A DNA stretch of 64,000 nucleotides from an uncultured Bacteroidota bacterium. Its GTDB lineage: Bacteria > CLD3 > SB21. Positions 58,005-64,000 of this stretch are shown one piece after another. The notes under the pieces were generated by a model. It was given only the letters and a program-made list of their open reading frames with translations, had not been told where the DNA came from and did no database searches. The stretch covers positions 1,269-65,268 of the forward strand of contig CAYZJB010000012.1 in NCBI GenBank assembly GCA_964478735.1, given 5' to 3'. Each line of letters opens with the position of its first letter. Position 1 is the stretch's first letter. Position numbers and translations under genes: made by a program.

Positions 58005-58559
58005 TTACACCCCCAGGAATTGCATGATGTGTACCTGGCTTTCACCCCATCGTTTGGACTTGTGACGGTGCCACGCGTCGCCGGGATTCGCCAGATCGTC
58101 TTTGGGAGAGCACTCGATAATCAAAAATCCTTTCCGCCTAAGATATCCCCCTCCCCCTACCTTTTCAACGAGAAAATGTCCGACCTGAAAGGCGTACGGC
58201 GCATCGGCAAAGATCAAATCGAACACGGGCCCCGGCCGCGATAAATATTCTTCAACATCCGCCTGGATAATCTCGCTGACCGCATCGAATCGCGCCTTAT
58301 AAATGTTTCGGCGGATCAATTCGATGGCTTTCGCATGACGATCGACAAAAACCGCCGAACGCGCTCCCCGGCTCAGCGCCTCCAGCCCGATGGCACCGGT
58401 GCCGGCAAATAGATCGCACACGCGGGCCGTCGACATATCGACGACGTTGGCCAGTACGTTGAAGATGAATTCCTTGACGATGTCTTTGGTCGGCCGGATG
58501 AAATCGAGATCGAAGGAGTGCAGGACCAGTCCTTTGCGAAGACCGGCAATGATCCGCAT
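58005..58559 (-). CDS. rsmD: 16S rRNA (guanine966-N2)-methyltransferase RsmD.
   Basis: MRIIAGLRKG is the N-terminus. The SAM motif is DLFAGTGAIGLEALSRGA. The DPPY-type motif appears as FADAPY. It forms a conserved rsmD-coaD pair. Confidence 0.85.
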   Translation of the reverse strand: MRIIAGLRKGLVLHSFDLDFIRPTKDIVKEFIFNVLANVVDMSTARVCDLFAGTGAIGLEALSRGARSAVFVDRHAKAIELIRRNIYKARFDAVSEIIQADVEEYLSRPGPVFDLIFADAPYAFQVGHFLVEKVGGGGYLRRKGFLIIECSPKDDLANPGDAWHRHKSKRWGESQVHIMQFLGV

Positions 58560-59552
58560 TTACCGGGCCTTGCTCGTGTCTTTTGCCGTGCCGCCCGTGT
58601 CCGTTTTAGCGGACGTGTGAATTACAGGAATGATCACGTTGTACTCAAGCGCCGCAACGTCGGGTTTGGGGCGCCCGGAACGTTGAACCGTGTAATTGAT
58701 GGTGTACTTGGTCATCTCGAAATTCAGCTGCTGCTGCTGAAGCATTTTCAAGAATTTGAGAAAATCGGAGGCAGGGCTCTCGATTTTCAGAGTACTTGAA
58801 TACTTGTCAAAAATCACGCCCTTGGTTTGTCCGGGACGTTCTTCCAGTGAGGCTTTGCTGAGATTACGCACGGCCAGTTCCCGAATGATACCGTTGGTCT
58901 TTTTTACGTCGGGAAACGCGACGGATACCGATGAGGAGTCGGTTTCGTCGATCTGCGGCGAAATGAGCACGCCCAGCATCTGACGGCGATACGCATAGCC
59001 TGGAACGGCCGAGGAGGATCGGATGTCCTTGGCGTCGCGGCTTTTGACCAGATCCAACTGGGTGACCTGATTGCTGTACGCCTTCAGGTCGTTTTCCGTT
59101 TTCCCGAACATGTCGAGCGTAAAATCGTTGCCGTCCAGATCGACACTGGACAACCAGACGTTGGGATTGTTGGTATTGGACGTGTCCAGAAACAATAGGA
59201 ACCGATGATCACGCTCGTGCATCAGAAGTGTGTTGCGCACGTAGTCCATCCGGCGCTTTTCGCGACGCATCTGGTCAATTTGTTCCTGCGTGAGCGGAAC
59301 GACTTGTGGGGAAAGAATATTCAGCGGTCCGGTGTATTGCTCAATGAACGCGACCAGCGGATACCGGTTGATATACCCGAGCACGCCTCCGGCGATGAGC
59401 AGCGTAAAAAGAACCATAAAAATGACGACCCGGCGCGAGCTCTTTTTTGCCTCCAGCCGGATGACGTCAGTAGCCGACTCTACGACAAACACCGGCCGTT
59501 CACGCGGACCGTGCATGGACAGATCGTTTTTCAAAAGGTTGATTTTGATCAT
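58560..59552 (-). CDS. PilN-like (possibly a PilN/PilO fusion) type IV pilus / competence assembly membrane protein.
   Basis: The ATG at about 59552 gives MIKINLLKNDL, matching the PilN INLLP motif. It has a single TM (VVIFMVLFTLLIAGGVLGYI) and a periplasmic domain. Its start overlaps the pilM-like stop by 1 nt. Confidence 0.5.
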   Translation of the reverse strand: MIKINLLKNDLSMHGPRERPVFVVESATDVIRLEAKKSSRRVVIFMVLFTLLIAGGVLGYINRYPLVAFIEQYTGPLNILSPQVVPLTQEQIDQMRREKRRMDYVRNTLLMHERDHRFLLFLDTSNTNNPNVWLSSVDLDGNDFTLDMFGKTENDLKAYSNQVTQLDLVKSRDAKDIRSSSAVPGYAYRRQMLGVLISPQIDETDSSSVSVAFPDVKKTNGIIRELAVRNLSKASLEERPGQTKGVIFDKYSSTLKIESPASDFLKFLKMLQQQQLNFEMTKYTINYTVQRSGRPKPDVAALEYNVIIPVIHTSAKTDTGGTAKDTSKAR

Positions 59553-60568
59553 CAGTTGACCAGCATTTTTATGGCGGCACCGATACACTCCGCATACGGC
59601 GCATAGTCGACCGGTTCGATCTTGATTTTAGATTTGTGCGGATTGTCGTCGCCTTCATCCGCTTCGGATGTTTCCTGGGGTTTGTATTTCGGATCCAGGA
59701 CGATCCTTCCGGTGGGCTGGATCGCCGACGCACGGTACCGCGCTTCCATCTGCGGCGCGACGGCCGTGCAAAACGGCCCCGTCACGATCGTACGGCCCAA
59801 AACGCCGGACTTGCCGCTTTCGGCGTTGTGGAGATGAATCATATTATCCAGAAACGGACCGATAAACGAAGCCAGCCGGTCCGGCGTACTTTTCGCCGGC
59901 GTAGGAAATTGAAAAATGTATTCCGGATCGTAATCGTTGCACAAAAGCACCGTCGTCACTCCGGGTTTCGCTTCGACCAGCGCCGTCATCCCGTCGGGAC
60001 ATCGGTCATGATTGACCTCATACGTCGCATGGGCGCAAAGGATGTCGACATCCAGGCAACTGAAGTTCAGGCGAAATTTTTCCAGTACGGCCTGCAGCGT
60101 CTCGGCGTACCGGCGCCGAATACCGACCACAAGCAGCGACGAGAGAAAGCCGTCCCCAGCCGCTTTCATATCGCAGGTATTGACAACGTAATCGTCGAGC
60201 TCTCCGCTGACGTACTGGCCGAATTCCCACTGCACGTGACGGCGAAAATCCTCATCGGCCGAGTCGCTGTCCACGCTGATCTTCTGGAGACAGGCGAGAT
60301 TTGAATTGAGGCTGATGTTCATCGACTGAGCCTGAATGCCGTTGTCTTCGACGCACCCGTTGAGGTACGGGTAGATATCGCGGATGTTTTTTTCGACGGC
60401 CTCGATGCCCGTGCCGAACTTCAGATTCGTTTTCACGGCGCCGATATTCCGTATCCGGAATTGCTGAGGCGCACGTTCCACTTCGGCAAACAAGATGTCC
60501 TGGCCGCTGAAGCTCAACCCCAGCGCGGTTGCACTGACTTCGGTAACCGTATCGTCGTATTCAGACAT
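59552..60568 (-). CDS. PilM-like actin-fold pilus assembly protein.
   Basis: The N-terminus LGLSFSGQDILFAEVE is like the PilM/FtsA phosphate-1 loop. Gene order pilM then pilN is conserved. Confidence 0.5.
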   Translation of the reverse strand: MSEYDDTVTEVSATALGLSFSGQDILFAEVERAPQQFRIRNIGAVKTNLKFGTGIEAVEKNIRDIYPYLNGCVEDNGIQAQSMNISLNSNLACLQKISVDSDSADEDFRRHVQWEFGQYVSGELDDYVVNTCDMKAAGDGFLSSLLVVGIRRRYAETLQAVLEKFRLNFSCLDVDILCAHATYEVNHDRCPDGMTALVEAKPGVTTVLLCNDYDPEYIFQFPTPAKSTPDRLASFIGPFLDNMIHLHNAESGKSGVLGRTIVTGPFCTAVAPQMEARYRASAIQPTGRIVLDPKYKPQETSEADEGDDNPHKSKIKIEPVDYAPYAECIGAAIKMLVN

Positions 60569-60576
60569 TGGCGTGA

Positions 60577-61143
60577 TTATAAAATCATATCCGCGCGGTC
60601 GTCCCAGGAAATTTCCCCTTCAATGACGCCGCCGACGCGCTTCAGTTCCTTTTCATCGTTGGTCGGCTTGATGCTGAAGGTCTTTCGTCCCGTTTTGACC
60701 ATCGTTTCGACAATGAATTTTTCTCCCGACAGGGGGTTGATCGTCGCCGAATCGAGATATTTCATGCGGAATTCGTGAAGAGACATATTTTCGAGCGCGT
60801 CACGATGTTCGTCAAATCTCAGATACGCCTGATACATCGGACGGAAGAGCGAATCCGGCACGATCGTCGTATCGGCACGTTTGGCGAAAGCGACAAGTTT
60901 CTGCAGATCCGTCGTATAGGAAGTATCCTCATACAGATACAGATACTGCAACTGGAACAACGTGCGCATTTTGACCCGGCTCAGTTTGGTCAGCAGGCGC
61001 TCCGTTTCTCTTTCCTGCATCGGAACGACGATCGACCAAATCAGGATGCCGACCATCAGGACAATGCCGATTTCAAGAAAAATGTTTCCTTTGGCCGTCG
61101 GTCTCAGTTCTTTTGATTTTTGTTGTGATTGTTCTTCGGACAT
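60577..61143 (-). CDS. N-terminally membrane-anchored hypothetical protein.
   Basis: 188 aa with a single TM (IFLEIGIVLMVGILIWSIVV). No prepilin G|F cleavage motif. It lies between comEA and pilM. Confidence 0.4.
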   Translation of the reverse strand: MSEEQSQQKSKELRPTAKGNIFLEIGIVLMVGILIWSIVVPMQERETERLLTKLSRVKMRTLFQLQYLYLYEDTSYTTDLQKLVAFAKRADTTIVPDSLFRPMYQAYLRFDEHRDALENMSLHEFRMKYLDSATINPLSGEKFIVETMVKTGRKTFSIKPTNDEKELKRVGGVIEGEISWDDRADMIL

Positions 61144-61166
61144 GATGCCTCCGCGCGCGCTTCGAT

Positions 61167-61691
61167 TTAATGAATAGTAATATAGGGTCGTATTTTTTCC
61201 AACATTTTCTTGCCGATTCCCTTGACGGCAGTCAATTGATCGACGTTTTCAAAAGGCCCGTTTTGCCGTCGGTAGTCGATGATACGTTCGGCCAGTTTCG
61301 GCCCGACCTTGGGCAGACTGGCCAGTTCCTCTGTTCCCGCCGTGTTGATATTGACCTGAAGGACCGGTGCATCTTCGAGGCGCTCAAGCCAGACCACGGC
61401 AGAATCCGTTTGTCCCTGCTGGACCAGTGATTCGATGTGCTGCGCCCGGTGATGCCATGTGATTTCAGAAACCACCGATGTGTCGGCACGGCCGGAATCC
61501 GCGATCGCAATGACCGTCCTGAATTGCGCCTCTTTTTCTGCAGTCACGTCGGGCGCCGGCGGTATTATCCACGACCGAACGGTCGGAATCCCCGCCCCGA
61601 TCGCCGTGATGACGGCAATGAACTGGATCGCGACGATTTCACTTCGAGTAAAACCGAACGTCTCAAAGAACAACCGAATTTTTTCCCTCAT
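61167..61691 (-). CDS. comEA: ComEA-family helix-hairpin-helix DNA-uptake/binding protein.
   Basis: The C-terminal tandem HhH reads VNINTAGTEELASLPKVGPKLAERIIDYRRQNGPFENVDQLTAVKGIGKKMLEKI. There is an N-terminal TM. Confidence 0.8.
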   Translation of the reverse strand: MREKIRLFFETFGFTRSEIVAIQFIAVITAIGAGIPTVRSWIIPPAPDVTAEKEAQFRTVIAIADSGRADTSVVSEITWHHRAQHIESLVQQGQTDSAVVWLERLEDAPVLQVNINTAGTEELASLPKVGPKLAERIIDYRRQNGPFENVDQLTAVKGIGKKMLEKIRPYITIH

Positions 61692-61699
61692 CCCACGCT

Positions 61700-62839
61700 C
61701 TAATTGACAAAGGCCTCTTTGACTTTTTTGAAGAAATTCTCTTTCGACGCCGACGGATACATATTCTCGCTTTTCATCAGTTGCTCAAGCAGTTTCTTTT
61801 CCGCGTCCGTCACCCGGGTGGGCGTATAAATGAAAATACGTACGAGCTGGTCGCCCGCCCCGCTGCCGTTGAGACGGGGAACTCCTTTGCCCCGCATCCG
61901 CAGTACTTTCCCGGACTGGATCCCCGACGGTATCGTCAATCGGGCCTTCCCCGTCAGCGTGGGAACCTCGACCTCGCTGCCCAAAACCGCCTCGGGAAAG
62001 CTGATGGTCAGATCGATCACGACGTCGTCGCCGTGCCGTTCAAAAACGTCGTCTTCGATTTCTTCAATGATGACAATGACGTCTCCGGGTTGACCTCCCT
62101 GCGGACCCGTATGACCCTGACCCCGGAGCGGAATGTAATTTCCCGTCGTCACTCCGGCAGGAACCTTGACGCTCAGCGTAACCTCGCCCTGCGTGACGCC
62201 ATTACCATGGCACTCCGGACACGGTTTTTCGACGACCGTTCCCTGTCCGTCGCAATTACGACAGGCTGCGATATTGACAAACTGGCCGAACACGGAACGC
62301 GAAACCTGACGAACCTGGCCGGACCCGCCGCACACCGAGCAGGTGATTCGCCTGCTTCCGGCGGCCGATCCGCTTCCACCGCAGGAATCGCAGGATTTAC
62401 GTTTACGGAGTTTGATTTTTTTGGTCACGCCCGTCGCAACTTCGGCCAGCGTCAATTTCAGCCGTACTTCAATGTCGGCTCCGCGATTACTGCGTCGGCT
62501 GCTTCGTTCACCAAAAATATCGCCGAATCCAAAACCTTGAAAAATATCGCTGAAATGTGAAAAAATATCGTTGATATCGGTAAATCCAGGATCGCCCATG
62601 CCGCGGAGACCTTCATGACCGAAACGATCGTAGTTGGTACGTTTCTGATCATCCGACAGGACCGCATATGCTTCGGCGACTTCTTTAAAGTGTTCCTCGG
62701 CCGACTTGTCGCCCGGATTTCGGTCCGGATGATATTTCATCGCCAGTTTGCGATACGCCTTTTTAATGTCGTCCAGAGACGCGTTTTTCTGAACGCCGAG
62801 TATTTCGTAATAATCTCGCTTGGTCATGTCTAAATGCAA
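61700..62839 (-). CDS. dnaJ: Molecular chaperone DnaJ.
   Basis: The J-domain has HPD (YHPDRNPGD). A G/F-rich region follows, then four CxxCxGxG zinc-finger repeats. Confidence 0.9.
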   Translation of the reverse strand: MHLDMTKRDYYEILGVQKNASLDDIKKAYRKLAMKYHPDRNPGDKSAEEHFKEVAEAYAVLSDDQKRTNYDRFGHEGLRGMGDPGFTDINDIFSHFSDIFQGFGFGDIFGERSSRRSNRGADIEVRLKLTLAEVATGVTKKIKLRKRKSCDSCGGSGSAAGSRRITCSVCGGSGQVRQVSRSVFGQFVNIAACRNCDGQGTVVEKPCPECHGNGVTQGEVTLSVKVPAGVTTGNYIPLRGQGHTGPQGGQPGDVIVIIEEIEDDVFERHGDDVVIDLTISFPEAVLGSEVEVPTLTGKARLTIPSGIQSGKVLRMRGKGVPRLNGSGAGDQLVRIFIYTPTRVTDAEKKLLEQLMKSENMYPSASKENFFKKVKEAFVN

Positions 62840-63052
62840 CCGTTATAGCTGGCAAATATAGGAGCATGACCCTGATAAATCAATATTAATCAATTCTGAA
62901 ACGGGCTATTTTTGGGTCAGAACCGGCCTTTTTCAAAGGACAATTTTCTTTACTTTATTGGTGTTTTCCATTATGTTAGTCGGCTTTTGGGCTAATCATT
63001 GTCTGGAAGTGATTTTTTTCCTAAAAAATACCGCTTATCGGAGAAAGCTTGA

Positions 63053-64000
63053 ATGAGCGCCTGGTTAATCGAAAAATGTAAGCCTTTTGCACAGTTCGTC
63101 GAAGACGTAAAATCCAAAGGGCTGTACAGCTATTTCACGGAATTGGAGCTGACGGGAATCCACATCAAGGTTAAGGGAAAGTCGCTGATCAATTTTTCAT
63201 CCAACGACTATCTCGGATTGACGCATGATTCGCGGGTCAAAGACGCGGCTAAACGAGCCATCGAACAGTTCGGCTCCGGCCTCTGCGGGTCCCGGTATGT
63301 CGTCGGAACGACCGTCGAACACGTCCGGCTCGAAGATAAAATCGCCGAATGGAAAGGCAAAGAATCCTGCGTCGTCTTTACCACCGGTTATCAGACGCTG
63401 CTTGGAACGGTTTCGGCCATTCTTGTCAAACATGACGACTCGGTCGAGGACAATATCGTCCTCGCCATCGACAAGCTCAGCCATGCCTGCATCCTCGACG
63501 GATGCGCGCTGGCTGTCGGAACACCGCTAACGCGCGGGTCAACAAAGATTTTGGACGGACAAATCCGTTATTTCCGGCATAACGATCCCGGAAGCCTCGA
63601 AGCCATCGTAGAATCCGCCACCGCCAAGGGCAAAAACGTCATGATCATTATCGAGGGCGTCTACTCGATGGACGGCGATATCTGCAAATTGCCGGAATTT
63701 GCCAAGATCGCGGAGAAATACGACGCGTGTATCGCCTTGGACGACGCGCACGGCACCGGCGTGCTGGGAAAAACAGGCAAAGGTACTCCGGAACATTTCG
63801 GTCTTGAAGAAGACGTCGACCTGTTGATGGGCACGTTCTCCAAGGCGCTCGGGTGCGTGGGCGGATTCGTCTGCGGACAAAAAGACGTGATCTCCCATAT
63901 CAAACATAAAGCCCGCAGTTTGATCTTCTCCGCTTCTCCGCCGGTCTCCAACGTCGTTTCCGTCAGCACCATTATCGACATCATTCGTTCCGAGCCGGAG
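63053..64000 (+). CDS. PLP-dependent alpha-oxoamine synthase (BioF / Kbl / serine-palmitoyltransferase family), 3'-partial at the window end.
   Basis: ATG at about 63053. The PLP-lysine context is GTFSKALGCVGGF. It is absent from the ORF track because there is no stop in the window. Confidence 0.75.
   Translation, partial: MSAWLIEKCKPFAQFVEDVKSKGLYSYFTELELTGIHIKVKGKSLINFSSNDYLGLTHDSRVKDAAKRAIEQFGSGLCGSRYVVGTTVEHVRLEDKIAEWKGKESCVVFTTGYQTLLGTVSAILVKHDDSVEDNIVLAIDKLSHACILDGCALAVGTPLTRGSTKILDGQIRYFRHNDPGSLEAIVESATAKGKNVMIIIEGVYSMDGDICKLPEFAKIAEKYDACIALDDAHGTGVLGKTGKGTPEHFGLEEDVDLLMGTFSKALGCVGGFVCGQKDVISHIKHKARSLIFSASPPVSNVVSVSTIIDIIRSEPE

Noticed and set aside
58141-58160. CCCCCTCCCCC run resembling the GC-rich repeat motif
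   Set aside because: It lies inside rsmD and simply encodes the glycine run in ...VGGGGYLRR... It is not a copy of the intergenic element.
62840-63052. Possible CIRCE heat-shock operator in the dnaJ divergent promoter
   Set aside because: Only a weak TTAGTCGGC...GGCTAA resemblance was found. It does not match the TTAGCACTC-N9-GAGTGCTAA consensus.
1-64000. tRNA, rRNA, tmRNA and CRISPR arrays
   Set aside because: I scanned the intergenic regions by eye for T-loop (GGTTCGAATCC-like) motifs and for regularly spaced direct repeats and found none. This is not exhaustive without tRNAscan or Infernal.

Overview
This 64-kb window is GC-rich bacterial chromosome, about 58-60% GC judged by eye, densely coded and mostly on the minus strand. 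It probably comes from an FCB-superphylum-like organism, since two proteins end in T9SS C-terminal sorting domains and a PorV/PorQ-like outer-membrane protein is present. No rRNA, tRNA or CRISPR array was recognised.

Housekeeping genes I recognise with confidence:
- comM (partial, runs off the window start)
- truA, rnr, adk, trmB, coaD, rsmD, queD, dnaJ
- two tandem lepB genes, lptF/G, sppA, an HU-family gene
- an alpha-oxoamine synthase, partial at the window end

Signalling genes:
- a propeller-type sensor histidine kinase
- two GAF-PP2C (SpoIIE-like) phosphatases
- a transmembrane Ser/Thr kinase with TolB-like and TPR domains
- a REC-GGDEF cyclase

Proteases:
- S46, M3, a PrsW intramembrane protease and an HtrA-like S1C protease

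Other features:
- a vapBC toxin-antitoxin pair immediately upstream of a Y-family polymerase
- a pilM/pilN/comEA cluster

The parts most worth a second look are:
1. A four-gene chemosensory-like module at 49.9-55.3 kb: CheW, a divergent MCP, a CheA-derived protein whose kinase motifs look dead, and a translationally coupled ParA-like ATPase.
2. A 414-bp near-identical direct repeat of the 3' end of a DinB-family gene flanking a lower-GC serine-hydrolase gene, which is the signature of single-crossover integration of a circular element.
3. A degraded mobile-element hotspot around the Ser/Thr kinase, with several distinct remnants:
   - a RayT/IS200-like HUH transposase that replaced the 5' part of a paralogous kinase-TPR gene
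   - a duplicated 17-codon kinase start fused to a GC-rich palindromic element
   - an ISAzo13-like transposase stump
4. A T9SS cargo whose M6/InhA-like domain has SNFAS in place of HEFGH, encoded next to a PorV/PorQ-like barrel.
5. Several frameshifted or pseudogenised genes (AlkD-like, tandem ABM) and an unlisted 31-aa bS22-like basic ORF.

I indexed coordinates by hand from the printed sequence. Features not taken from the ORF track may be off by 1-2 nt.
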